Assembly (NCBI GenBank): GCA_964196015.1
Contig: CAXMRM010000178.1
Span: forward strand, 1-42,658
Direction: 5' to 3'
From: an uncultured Myxococcota bacterium
GTDB lineage: Bacteria; Myxococcota_A; Polyangia; Polyangiales; Houyiibacteriaceae
DNA: 42,658 nt
Made by a program: the position numbers and the translations under genes. This document shows positions 17,239 through 26,774 of the stretch, piece by piece (position 1 is the stretch's first letter; each line of letters begins with the position of its first letter). A model generated the notes under the pieces. That model worked only from the letters and a program-made list of their open reading frames with translations, was not told the DNA's origin and did not search any database.

Positions 17239-18762
17239 CTAAACGCTGCGGCGCGCCCACTGGCCTCGCCGCAACCAGTCGTGCTTGCGGTACTGCGACC
17301 CAATGATCCTCGCGACCGAGGTTGCGGTGAGAAAAGATCCTTCGAAACCGAGACCGGGCGCCACCTGCTCATTGCAGAGAAACACTCCCCGCGCGGGGGT
17401 GCGTGTGGGCAGTGCACATACGCCAAGCGCTCGTCGCGTCGGATAGTCATACACCGCTCTCATCGTATGGGGCCCTCTCGTCCACGGATCACTGCACGGA
17501 AGTTCGGTGTCACCGCGGAACGCATGCGGAGGCAAGCCGTCATGAGGGCTATCCATCCAGATCGCGTGGTCGTCGAAAAACGGAACGACGCTGCGGATCG
17601 CATCCAAGGCTTCCTCGCGCACGAAGTGAAGTGGTGAAGAACCCGTGTCGATCAGATGCTCTTCGACTAGGCGGCTTGCTGTGAGCAGGACTCGGTCTTC
17701 GTCGACGTCGCGACTTCGCATCAAGAACGACTTCTCGGGGGTGGTCGCGCTGGTGCACAGCAAGGCGAGAGATTCGAGGGCTTTCGGAATACCCCGCTTG
17801 TCGACCAGGACGTGCACCGAGCAGCGATACGCGCGCGAACGGGGCTCACCCACACGCTCGAACATCGCCGTCATCGGCGCCCGTTCGGGTAGCAGTTGCG
17901 AGAGCTCGCTGATTGGCGTGCCGTGCGCGATTTGCGAGCAACCGATCTCTTCGTCGGTCCGCGCGAGTCGAATCGTGTGACCGCGTCGGCCTTCGTGGCG
18001 AAGGGACTCTGCGCGGTCACGCGGCCTGACATCACTCCCCCAAGAACGGATGCGCTCAAAGAGCGCCTCGCGGAACCAGGTCCAGCCACCGGTGAGCTCC
18101 GTCACGCCGGACAGAACGTGACCGTGCAACCGCGCGCGGCTGGCATCCGAATGCTGTGCCGGGAGCAAACCCGAGACATGAGGAAGGACCGCTTCGAACG
18201 CGGTGCGCAGTGGATGCCTTGTCGCTAGTTGCTTCCATGATGTCCAACCTTGTCCCTGTCGGTCGTAGCGTTGCGCCGTCGTGGCCAGTGAGAACTGCTG
18301 GCGTTCGAGGAACGTTTCCGGAGGCCAGACCAGTCCACGGCCCACCACCGCGTCGAGCTCGCCGCGGACCTCGCCGAGCGTTCGCGTGATGTCTGCAGCT
18401 TGGCGTCTCACGTTGGGGAGCTCCCGCGCCAGCTCCGCGAGCCACTTGTCAGTCTCGGGATAGACATTGATCCGATGCTCCGGAAGCAGCAGCTGAAATA
18501 CGTGGCTCCGATCCACCGTGCGTTGGCGAACGTCTTGTCTGAGCGCGAGGTCATCCAACGTGCTCTGAACGATGGGACTCTGCGTGCCGGTGATCGTAAG
18601 TCCGAGGGGCTCCACCTCGACGTCTGCCAGTGTGTAGGAAGGCTCGGGCACGCCCTGACCGAGCACCAGCACCCGAAGGCCTTCGCGCGCGAGCAGCGCT
18701 GCGCACAGTAGTGGCTCGAGATTGGTGCCCAGGACGACGACGTCGTAGAAGCTGGTCGGCAC
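17239..18762 (-). CDS. CrtI/phytoene-desaturase-like protein with a degenerate dinucleotide-binding motif
   Basis: N-terminus YDVVVLGTNLEPLLCAALLAREGLRVLVLGQG resembles the FAD/NAD Rossmann beta-alpha-beta. However, GxGxxG reads G-T-N-L-E-P. 507 aa. Confidence 0.65.
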   Translation of the reverse strand: MPTSFYDVVVLGTNLEPLLCAALLAREGLRVLVLGQGVPEPSYTLADVEVEPLGLTITGTQSPIVQSTLDDLALRQDVRQRTVDRSHVFQLLLPEHRINVYPETDKWLAELARELPNVRRQAADITRTLGEVRGELDAVVGRGLVWPPETFLERQQFSLATTAQRYDRQGQGWTSWKQLATRHPLRTAFEAVLPHVSGLLPAQHSDASRARLHGHVLSGVTELTGGWTWFREALFERIRSWGSDVRPRDRAESLRHEGRRGHTIRLARTDEEIGCSQIAHGTPISELSQLLPERAPMTAMFERVGEPRSRAYRCSVHVLVDKRGIPKALESLALLCTSATTPEKSFLMRSRDVDEDRVLLTASRLVEEHLIDTGSSPLHFVREEALDAIRSVVPFFDDHAIWMDSPHDGLPPHAFRGDTELPCSDPWTRGPHTMRAVYDYPTRRALGVCALPTRTPARGVFLCNEQVAPGLGFEGSFLTATSVARIIGSQYRKHDWLRRGQWARRSV

Positions 18763-18766
18763 GGGT

Positions 18767-19405
18767 CTAGGCGTCCGGCACGGTTAGCGAGCGAGCGGGG
18801 TCCGCGACCGGGGTGCTCGCGGTCAACGGGTCGAGTGTAATCGCGCCGATTGCGATTTGGTGAATCACGCGCGGCAAGAGCCGGTGCTCCTGAACCTGAA
18901 TTCGAGCATGAAGGGTATCCGCCGTGTCGTCAGCGAGCACGGGGACCGCGGCCTGCGCGAGGATTGGACCCGTGTCGACGCCCGCGTCGACGATGTGCAC
19001 CGTGCACCCGCTGATGCGTACATGGCGGTCGAGCGCATCTTGTGGCCCGCTGTGCCCGGGGAACGAAGGGAGCAGGGCAGGGTGCACGTTGATGATCCGA
19101 CCCGGAAACCGTTCGAGCAATGGCGCGCCCAACACGCGCATGAAGCCGGCCAAGACGATCAGATCGGGCTTCAGCGCAGCCACCTCGTCGGCAAGCGACT
19201 CATTCCAGGAGTCGCGGTCATCGCCCCTGCGGAGCGAAACTACCCGCGTGGGGATTCCTCGCTTTTCGGCGAACTCCAACGCCGCAGCCTTTTTTCGGTC
19301 CGAAACGACGCCCACGATGCCCGCATCGCACGTGCCCGCGTCGATCGCATTGCAGATCGCTCTCAAGTTGGAGCCGCGACCAGAAACGAGAACCACTACG
19401 TCCAT
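18767..19405 (-). CDS. purN: phosphoribosylglycinamide formyltransferase
   Basis: MDVVVLVSGRGSNL, IINVHPALLP and GCTVHIVD motifs. The start at ATG 19405 was verified in the sequence. The longer 470-aa track ORF is an Arg-rich extension overlapping purM. Confidence 0.9.
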   Translation of the reverse strand: MDVVVLVSGRGSNLRAICNAIDAGTCDAGIVGVVSDRKKAAALEFAEKRGIPTRVVSLRRGDDRDSWNESLADEVAALKPDLIVLAGFMRVLGAPLLERFPGRIINVHPALLPSFPGHSGPQDALDRHVRISGCTVHIVDAGVDTGPILAQAAVPVLADDTADTLHARIQVQEHRLLPRVIHQIAIGAITLDPLTASTPVADPARSLTVPDA

Positions 19406-19413
19406 GAGAGGCT

Positions 19414-20439
19414 CTACGCCGAGAACGAGACACCTTCGCGGCCGATGACCTCGCCCATGATGAAGGCGCGTTCGCCGCTCGCGTTGAGCGCGTCGACCAG
19501 ACCTGCGGTGCGTTCGGAGTCCACTACTATCGCGAAGCCGACGCCCATGTTGAACGTCCGCCACATCTCCGTGTCCGCAATGCAGCCTCGCTCCTGGATC
19601 AGAGCGAAGATGGGATCGGGTGTCCAGGAGCTTGCATCGATTGTGATCCCGAGACCTTCGGGCATGACCCGAGGGAGGTTTTCGGGGAGGCCGCCGCCCG
19701 TGACGTGACACATCGCGTGCACGTCGTGCTCGAGAGCGATTCGCGCGGCGTTCACGTAGCTCCTCGTGGGACGGAGCAGAGTGTCGCCGAGGGTCCCTCG
19801 CGACCCGAATGGATCGTGGAGCGAGAGCGGCGCATCGCCATCGAAAAGCACGCGTCTGGCTAACGAGAACCCGTTTGAGTGCAATCCCGAGGACGCGATT
19901 CCGACCACCTGGTCGCCCAGTCGAACCGCTTCGCCATCGATGAGGCGTTTGCGGCTGACGACGCCCACCGCGAAGCCGGCCAAGTCGTATTCGCCCGACG
20001 CGTAGAAGCCCGGCAGCTCGGCCGTTTCGCCTCCGAGAAGCGCGCACTCCGCTTGGCGGCAGCCGTCTGCGATGCCCTTCACGACGGCCTCGCCTTGATC
20101 CACGTCGAGCTTCGACGTGGCGAAGTAGTCCAAAAAAAACAACGGTCGGGCGCCTACCGTGATGATGTCGTTGATGCACATCGCAACGAGGTCGATACCA
20201 ATGGTGTCGTGGAGGTCGAGCTCGAACGCCAGCTTCAGCTTGGTTCCGACGCCGTCGGTTCCGGAGACGAGCACCGGGTCCTCGATGTCGTTCGGTAGCG
20301 AACAGAGGCCCGCGAAGCCACCCAGCGAACCCAGCACGTGCTCGGAACGTGTCGATCGCGCGAGCGGTTTGATCCGTTCGACGAGTTGCTCGCCAGCTTC
20401 GATGTCGACACCGGCATCGCGATAGGTCAAGCCCGCCAT
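19414..20439 (-). CDS. purM: phosphoribosylformylglycinamidine cyclo-ligase (AIR synthetase)
   Basis: MAGLTYRDAGVDIEAG..., GTDGVGTKL and the full-length PurM pattern. The start at ATG 20439 was verified in the sequence. Confidence 0.92.
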   Translation of the reverse strand: MAGLTYRDAGVDIEAGEQLVERIKPLARSTRSEHVLGSLGGFAGLCSLPNDIEDPVLVSGTDGVGTKLKLAFELDLHDTIGIDLVAMCINDIITVGARPLFFLDYFATSKLDVDQGEAVVKGIADGCRQAECALLGGETAELPGFYASGEYDLAGFAVGVVSRKRLIDGEAVRLGDQVVGIASSGLHSNGFSLARRVLFDGDAPLSLHDPFGSRGTLGDTLLRPTRSYVNAARIALEHDVHAMCHVTGGGLPENLPRVMPEGLGITIDASSWTPDPIFALIQERGCIADTEMWRTFNMGVGFAIVVDSERTAGLVDALNASGERAFIMGEVIGREGVSFSA

Positions 20440-20489
20440 GCCGCGGAAGCTAGGCGATCGGCTGAGGCGGGTCAACGAGCGGCGCTCCG

Positions 20490-21704
20490 TTGACGGTCGT
20501 GCCGTCGTCGCGTAAACACGCGTGCATTCGGGGCCGGAAGAACACAGCGAAACTCTGTCTGCTCGGGCTACTGCTGGTCGCCGCGGGCTGTCAGGGCGAC
20601 TCGTCCCCAAGGCCCGATCGGGTGCTTCCCGAGCCGCTGCCTGAGCTCCCCGATCCGGCCGCGCCCGACCGCCAGCAAGCTCGTTTGGTGAGGATCGACG
20701 TGTATGGCGCAGGAGACGAGGACACAGCGGGGGCCCGGGTGGTCCTTCTCTTCGAAGGCGCTCCGCTGTTTCACCAGAGGCAGCTCCCAGCGCAAGGCAT
20801 TCTGCCGGCTCGTATCGCGATCGAGCTCGAACACGTCGAGTGGGGCGACAGCGTTCCCGTTTCCCAGTCCATCGAGCGAGGCGGCTTGCGGCGCGTACGG
20901 CTCGCCACCCCGAACCCGCGCGTCGTGCTGGACCTTCAACCGGGCGCGACCGGCCGAATCTTCTATCTCACCGATCCGTATCGCATCGTCGTCGACGTCA
21001 GCGCGGTCAGCCGCTCACCCAAGAAGGGAAGGCCGCTCGTGGTGTTGGACCCAGGGCACGGTGGCCGCGAGCCGGGCGCGGCGAACGAGCAGCACGGACT
21101 CGTCGAGTCGCAGGTGGCGCTCGACTTGGCAGAGCTCACCGCAAGCCGATTACGCGCGATCATGCCCCGGGCGCGCGTGATGCTTACACGGTCCAGCGAC
21201 GTCGATCTGTCGCTCGAAGAACGGTGCGCGCTGGCCAATGCGATGGAGGCGGACGCGTTCGTGTCGATTCATTTGAACGCGAGCTCGGAGACCGTCCGAA
21301 AAGGCGGCGTTACGACCTTCGTGCTCGACACGACGAACAACCGGCAGGCACTCCGGCTCGCCGCGCGCGAAAACGGCACGCGTGTGGCGGAGGTGACCGG
21401 AATCCAGAGTCTGCTCGCGAAGTATCATCGGCGGACCCAAGCGGAAGGCGCTCTGACGCTGGCTGGCAAGATCCAACGCCACACCCTGAAACGGGGCCGC
21501 TCGGTTCTCCCGAAGCTTTCCGACCGCGGCGTGCGGCGAGCCATGTTCTACGTCTTGGTGGGCGCGCGAATGCCCTCGGTTCTCGTGGAGGCGTCCTTTC
21601 TGACGTACGAGCCCGAGGCGCGTGCGCTGACCAAGCGCAGGTACCGTCGGGCCCTGGCAGACGGCATTGCGTCCGGCATCGCTTCGTACCTGCTGGCGCG
21701 GTAG
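20490..21704 (+). CDS. N-acetylmuramoyl-L-alanine amidase lipoprotein (AMIN-like N-domain + Amidase_3)
   Basis: Lipobox LLLVAAGC. AMIN-like beta domain (VRIDVYG...VVLDLQPG...YRIVVDV). Catalytic domain motifs VVLDPGHGG, FVSIHLNAS and PSVLVEASFL. TTG 20490 or GTG 20499 is the start. Confidence 0.85.
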   Translation: MTVVPSSRKHACIRGRKNTAKLCLLGLLLVAAGCQGDSSPRPDRVLPEPLPELPDPAAPDRQQARLVRIDVYGAGDEDTAGARVVLLFEGAPLFHQRQLPAQGILPARIAIELEHVEWGDSVPVSQSIERGGLRRVRLATPNPRVVLDLQPGATGRIFYLTDPYRIVVDVSAVSRSPKKGRPLVVLDPGHGGREPGAANEQHGLVESQVALDLAELTASRLRAIMPRARVMLTRSSDVDLSLEERCALANAMEADAFVSIHLNASSETVRKGGVTTFVLDTTNNRQALRLAARENGTRVAEVTGIQSLLAKYHRRTQAEGALTLAGKIQRHTLKRGRSVLPKLSDRGVRRAMFYVLVGARMPSVLVEASFLTYEPEARALTKRRYRRALADGIASGIASYLLAR

Positions 21705-21751
21705 GGGGCTCGGTTGCCCGGTCCGGGGCGGACGGTCATACTCGGTGACCG

Positions 21752-24451
21752 TTGTCGGATGGATCTAGTCCGGTCGTCGATCTGGGTGGACTCGCACCCG
21801 GGCTCGGCAAGACCTGTAGTGGCTACCTCGGTGGATATCGCCGAGCGTTCCAGGACGCGGTGCGCCGTGGGGACCCGGGCGTTGCCACTGCGCGCTCACA
21901 CGCACGGGCCCTCGATGGTCTGCTGAGCGCCTTGTACTGCGCTTCGGACGCGGCCACTCGAGCCATTGGCCGTGAACCTCGAGGGCGCCTCGCGTTGGTC
22001 GCGGTAGGTGGTTACGGTCGGTCGACGCTGGGCCTGAACAGCGACGTGGACCTCGTGTTCCTGTGCGACGACTCGGACGACCCCTTCGTCGGTGCGCTGG
22101 CTGAGGGCTTGCTCTACCCGCTGTGGGATCTCGGGGTGGACATCGGGCATGCGGTTCGAAGCGTCGAGGAGATGCTGTGCTTGGCTCGCGAAGACATCCG
22201 CACCACCACGACGCTAATCGACTTCCGGCGCATCGCCGGCAGCGGCGCACTTCTTGACGATCTCGAGCGCGGCGCGCGAGAGCAGGTCTTCGAGCCTTAC
22301 CTGCTCGAGTTCTTAGCTGCGCTCGAGCAAGATACCGAGACACGCCACCGCCGCTTCGGAGGCAGCCTCTATCTGCTCGAGCCCGACGTGAAGCAGGGCC
22401 GTGGCGGATTGAGAGACCTGGACGTGGCTGAATGGGCCGCACGGGCACGCTGGGGCGTACGAAACGAGAACGATTACGTGCGCACAGGGGCGCTTCTGGC
22501 GCGCGAGGTACGGGAGCTCGAAGACGCCGGTGAGATGCTCTGGCGCGTCCGCAACCTTCTCCACTTGCGCGCCGGCCGCCAACAAGACCGGCTGACATTC
22601 GGAGACCAGGAAGACATTTCACAGGAGCTCGGTTTCGTCGACGGCATTACCCTGGGTGTCGAGCAATTCATGCAGGCCTACTACCGGCACGTCCGCGTCG
22701 TGGCGCTCACGGCGGAGCGCATGCTCGACCGCGCACGTCCGCGCAGTCGCACCCGCGCGACCACCTTCCGCAAACTCGCGCACGGGATCGTTTTGGCGGA
22801 CGGCACCATCACGTTGGAGAACCCCCAACGGCTCGACGGTGACCCGGCGCTTGCCTTTCGGTTCTATCGGCAAGCCCTGCGGTATAAGAAGCGGCCTGAT
22901 CACTCCGCGTTGGACGCCATCGCCCGCATTGCTCCCGACAAGCGATGGCGCCTGCGACTGCAGGACTCCGAAGAAGCGACGCAGCTCTTCTTGGCGCTGC
23001 TCAACAACGTCGATGAGTCTCCATTCCGAAGTGGGTCGACCGTCGCCGAGTTGCACGAGGTCGGACTGGTCTCCGCGATGATCCCCGAGTTTGAGCCCCT
23101 CGTGGGCCGCGTCTACCACGATGTCTTTCACGTCTACACCGCCGACATTCACGCGATCAAAGCGCTCGAGCAGCTGCAGGCGCTAACCCGAGGCGAGCGC
23201 CGCGGGCGTGCGCTGTCCGCTCGTCTCGCGGCAGAGACTCCGAGGCGCCTTCCGCTGTTCCTGGCCGTGCTGTTGCATTCACTGGGCCGGACGCGCGGGC
23301 GCGACCAAGAGAAAGCGGGCGCCCGTCTCGCGGAAAGCGTGGCGCTTCGTCTAGGCCTCAGCCCGGTCGACGCGCAGCACGTGGCGTGGCTCGTTCGTGA
23401 GCAGACATCGCTCTACCGATGGGCGACGCAGCGGGACCTTCACGATCCCCAGGGCCTGGCCGAGGTCGTGAGAATGGTGGAAACGCCCGAGCGCCTTCGG
23501 GACTTGTTCTTGTGCACCGTAACGGTCATTTCGACGGTCAATCCGACGGCGATGACATCGTGGAAGGCTCGCTCGCTCGAGGACCTCTATCTTGCGACCC
23601 TCGCCCAGCTCGAGTCGGGGAGCGTTCCGGTGCAGACCGAGAATCGCGTTCTCGAGGTGAAGCTGCAAGCCGTCGTCGGATTTGCAGGCGATGCCGGACA
23701 GGAAGAGCTCCAGAGCTTCTTGGACGAAATGCCCGATCGCTACTTCCTCGCCAATCCTGTCGACGTCGTTCGTCGCCACGCGAGGATCTCACGCGACCGT
23801 GAGGAGGGTCTCGCGACGGTACGGGTGGACCCGGGTCCGGGGGAAGAGGCGGAAGAGGTGGAAGAGGTCGTGGTCGTATCGACTGACCGCTCCGGCCTAC
23901 TCGCGGACCTCACGGCGGTCTTTGCCGCGCACGATCTCTCGATTCTCACGGCACAGCTCTATACGCGCCAACGAAAGTCCGGGGACGAAGTATTCGACGT
24001 GTTTTGGGTCAGGGTGGGAGACAACACGCCCATGCCGACGAGGCTCGCCGAAGCCCTCCAAGAAGACGTCGCCCGGCGACTCAGTAATCGCGTCTCGGCC
24101 CAAGATCTGATCGCGCGGCAGAGCACGCCGCCCCCGTGGTCCGTACGCCCGGGACCCGAGGTTCCGACACACATCAGCGTCGATAACGACGCATCGTCGC
24201 GATACACTATCGTCGACGTCTTTACCCGAGACCGCATCGGCCTCCTGCACGAAATCGCGCGTACGCTCCATCAGCTGGATCTGACCATCGCACTGTCCAA
24301 GGTGAACACGGAAGGACAGAGCGTGGCGGACGTGTTCTACGTGTCAGACGCCGACGGCAACAAAGTCCAGGACCCCGACCGCCTGAAGCGGCTACAGCGG
24401 GTGCTTTACGATCGCATCCTTGCTCTCCATGCTCGCGCCGAGGAGCCATGA
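21752..24451 (+). CDS. glnD: [protein-PII] uridylyltransferase / uridylyl-removing enzyme
   Basis: 899 aa. Nucleotidyltransferase motif GGYGRSTLGLNSDVDLVFL, a central HD-type region and two C-terminal ACT-like repeats. The exact start is uncertain (TTG 21752 in the track). Confidence 0.88.
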   Translation: MSDGSSPVVDLGGLAPGLGKTCSGYLGGYRRAFQDAVRRGDPGVATARSHARALDGLLSALYCASDAATRAIGREPRGRLALVAVGGYGRSTLGLNSDVDLVFLCDDSDDPFVGALAEGLLYPLWDLGVDIGHAVRSVEEMLCLAREDIRTTTTLIDFRRIAGSGALLDDLERGAREQVFEPYLLEFLAALEQDTETRHRRFGGSLYLLEPDVKQGRGGLRDLDVAEWAARARWGVRNENDYVRTGALLAREVRELEDAGEMLWRVRNLLHLRAGRQQDRLTFGDQEDISQELGFVDGITLGVEQFMQAYYRHVRVVALTAERMLDRARPRSRTRATTFRKLAHGIVLADGTITLENPQRLDGDPALAFRFYRQALRYKKRPDHSALDAIARIAPDKRWRLRLQDSEEATQLFLALLNNVDESPFRSGSTVAELHEVGLVSAMIPEFEPLVGRVYHDVFHVYTADIHAIKALEQLQALTRGERRGRALSARLAAETPRRLPLFLAVLLHSLGRTRGRDQEKAGARLAESVALRLGLSPVDAQHVAWLVREQTSLYRWATQRDLHDPQGLAEVVRMVETPERLRDLFLCTVTVISTVNPTAMTSWKARSLEDLYLATLAQLESGSVPVQTENRVLEVKLQAVVGFAGDAGQEELQSFLDEMPDRYFLANPVDVVRRHARISRDREEGLATVRVDPGPGEEAEEVEEVVVVSTDRSGLLADLTAVFAAHDLSILTAQLYTRQRKSGDEVFDVFWVRVGDNTPMPTRLAEALQEDVARRLSNRVSAQDLIARQSTPPPWSVRPGPEVPTHISVDNDASSRYTIVDVFTRDRIGLLHEIARTLHQLDLTIALSKVNTEGQSVADVFYVSDADGNKVQDPDRLKRLQRVLYDRILALHARAEEP

Positions 24452-25440
24452 AGACAGAGGACCGTCCCCTTTTTCGATGGGTAGCCCTCATCGGGCTCGT
24501 TGCCGGGTGCGGCTCTAGTCAGAGCACGCCAGCAGAGCCTCAGCCGGTCGAGAACGTCAGCCGTCCTGTGGCGAGCCCCGACGTGTTGCGCGCAGAACGA
24601 CTGCTCACCGGAGGCAAGGTCCGTGAAGCCAAGCGTGTCTTCGAGCAGGCCCTCGCCGACGACCCGAACGACGCGCGCGCCTGGCTCGACTTGGGACTCG
24701 TCCACGAGGCGACCGGCGCCTTTGCGTCCGCCGAGAAGGCTTATCGCCGCGCGACCGAGATCGACCACAACTTCGCCGAAGCGTTCAACAACCTGGGCGT
24801 GCTCTTGCGCGAGGGCGGCAAGCTCGCCGAAGCGACGACGATGCTCGAGCGTGCGGTCGCCCTGGATCCAGAGCTTACCGCAGCCCGATTCAACCTCGGT
24901 CTCGCGTACGAAGAGCAAGGGAAGCTCACCGAGGCCGAGGGCGAATACCTCACGACGATCGATCGGCTCCCAGAGGATCCGGTCCCTCGGATCAACCTGG
25001 CGATGATGCTTCTCGAGATGGGGCGGCCCGAGGACGCTGCCGTGCAGCTTCGCGCCGCACGACCGATGGTGCGTGGTGACGTCTCGCTCTCGATTGCGGT
25101 CGGGCAGGGCTTCCGGCGGGCTGGTTGGCCGGAGGAGGCCGTGCCGGTGTTGCGCATGGCATTGAGCCACGCGCCGGAGCCACCCCCCACGGAGCTTCTC
25201 GCTGAGCTCGCGTTGGCCTACTACGCCAGCGGAGATATCGAGGCCGCGGAGGCGACCATGCGGCGCGCCGTTGGACAAGACGAGCTCGACCCCGGGCTTC
25301 ACTACGCCTATGGCTCGATCCTCGCCAAACAAGGCCAGATCGGCAAAGCACGGGCGCACCTCAGGCGCGCTGCAAAGCTCGATCCGGACGGGCCGTACGC
25401 CGACCGGGCTCGCGCACGACTCGAGGCGCTCAAGAAGTAA
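24448..25440 (+). CDS. TPR-repeat lipoprotein
   Basis: Lipobox LVAGCGS followed by repeated TPR consensus (A..W..LG......G....A...Y..A). Its ATG overlaps the glnD stop (ATGA). Confidence 0.8.
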   Translation: MKTEDRPLFRWVALIGLVAGCGSSQSTPAEPQPVENVSRPVASPDVLRAERLLTGGKVREAKRVFEQALADDPNDARAWLDLGLVHEATGAFASAEKAYRRATEIDHNFAEAFNNLGVLLREGGKLAEATTMLERAVALDPELTAARFNLGLAYEEQGKLTEAEGEYLTTIDRLPEDPVPRINLAMMLLEMGRPEDAAVQLRAARPMVRGDVSLSIAVGQGFRRAGWPEEAVPVLRMALSHAPEPPPTELLAELALAYYASGDIEAAEATMRRAVGQDELDPGLHYAYGSILAKQGQIGKARAHLRRAAKLDPDGPYADRARARLEALKK

Positions 25441-26020
25441 TCGGCCGAAAGCCCAAGCCGACCAGGAACACTTCGTAGCTCTCGTTTCGAGTAGCTTCGG
25501 GACGGATGATTCGCACTTTGCCGAACACCTCCCGAACCGCGTTGCGCGCGTCTTCGAACTCGGCGCCTTGGAAGATCTTGGCGACGAAAGTGCCGCCCGG
25601 ATCGAGCACCGTCTTCGTCAGCTCCAGAGCACGCATGACGAGCTCGTAGCTTCGGTACTGGTCGGGATGACGCTGGCCGCTCGTCTTCGGCGCCATGTCG
25701 CTGATGACGAGGTCGAACGGGCCACCCAAGGTCTCGGGGTCGACTTGGAAGGCGTCGAGAGTGCGAATTTCGGCTTGCGGTGGCAGTGTGATCTTGGGAT
25801 CTTTGAGGTCGATTCCAAGCACGCGGCCGTTCGGTCCGACGCGCTCCGCTACATAGAGCGTCCACGAGCCAGGGCTCGCTCCGAGATCGAGAACGCGCTG
25901 GCCCTTCTTGAATAGACCAACGCGTCGATCTATTTCCTGAAGCTTGTAGACCGAGCGAGCTGGGTAGCCTTCGCGCCGCGCGCGGCGTCCGTGGTGATCC
26001 TGCTTGCGGCCCGGGGGCAG
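25430..26020 (-). CDS. rlmE: 23S rRNA (uridine2552-2'-O)-methyltransferase RlmE/FtsJ; 5' end anomalous (no canonical start)
   Basis: The frame is open from 26020. It encodes KQDHHGRRARREGYPARSVYKLQEIDRRVGLFKKGQRVLDLGASPGSW (RlmE N-terminus plus SAM motif I), then DLVISDMAP and FVAKIFQG. The first ATG/GTG/TTG is GTG 25822, which would remove motif I. Confidence 0.75.
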   Translation of the reverse strand: MPPGRKQDHHGRRARREGYPARSVYKLQEIDRRVGLFKKGQRVLDLGASPGSWTLYVAERVGPNGRVLGIDLKDPKITLPPQAEIRTLDAFQVDPETLGGPFDLVISDMAPKTSGQRHPDQYRSYELVMRALELTKTVLDPGGTFVAKIFQGAEFEDARNAVREVFGKVRIIRPEATRNESYEVFLVGLGFRPITS

Positions 26021-26746
26021 TTAGCCCTCTTCGGTGGCTTCCGGCACTTGCTCGGGTGCCTCTTGTTTGGCCGGAGGCTCGGGAAGCGGCATGCTCACCT
26101 TCTTGATGGCCCCCTTCACCGTGACGAAAGCGTTGCGCGGGCCGGGAACGCCACCGTCCACGAGGACGATGTTCTCGTCGGACAACACCCTGACGATGCG
26201 AAGGTTCAGGATGGTGGCCCTCTTGTTGCCGTGCTGGCCGGGCATCTTCGTACCCCGATGAGTCCGGCCGGGCGTCATGTTCATACCGATCGAGCCGCCG
26301 TGACGCTTGGCCTCGTGCGTGCCGTGACCGACCGTGCCTGCGCCGGCGAAGTTGTGACGCTTCATGACGCCGGTGAAGCCGCGGCCCTTGCTGGTCGCGG
26401 AGACATCCACAAACTGGCCGTCCTGGAAGATGTCGGCCGCGCCGAGGGTCTGACCGACCTCGAACCGCTCGAGGAGCGACGCATCGATGCGGAATTCGCG
26501 AACGACTCGCTGTGGCCCGACGCCGGCCTTGTTGAAGTGGCCAGCCTCGGGCTTGCTCACCAGCTTCTCGCGGCGGTTGCCGAAGCCGAGCTGCAGGGCG
26601 GCGTAGCCGTCTTTGTCCGGGGTGCGTTTCCCCACCACGACGCAGGGCCCTGCCTTGATTGCAGTGACGCGTCGAACCTCCCCGTCGTCGAGGAAGATTT
26701 GGGTATTGCCAAGCTTGGCGCCGATGAGGCCGGGATTCGTATTCAC
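26021..26746 (-). CDS. rplC: ribosomal protein uL3-like, divergent, with a Pro/Glu-rich C-terminal tail
   Basis: GLIGAKLGNTQIF, KPEAGHFNKAGV, TSKGRGFTGVMKRHNF, GSIGMNMTPGR and VDGGVPGPRN follow the L3 pattern. GTG start at 26746 with GGGAG 7 nt upstream. Confidence 0.85.
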   Translation of the reverse strand: MNTNPGLIGAKLGNTQIFLDDGEVRRVTAIKAGPCVVVGKRTPDKDGYAALQLGFGNRREKLVSKPEAGHFNKAGVGPQRVVREFRIDASLLERFEVGQTLGAADIFQDGQFVDVSATSKGRGFTGVMKRHNFAGAGTVGHGTHEAKRHGGSIGMNMTPGRTHRGTKMPGQHGNKRATILNLRIVRVLSDENIVLVDGGVPGPRNAFVTVKGAIKKVSMPLPEPPAKQEAPEQVPEATEEG

Positions 26747-26774
26747 AGGTGGTCTCCCTAGGAAAAGGGCCGCA

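Noticed and set aside
18767-20179. 470-aa ORF spanning purN and part of purM
   Set aside because: The PurN homology starts at the ATG at 19405. The upstream 258 residues are Arg-rich low-complexity sequence overlapping purM out of frame.
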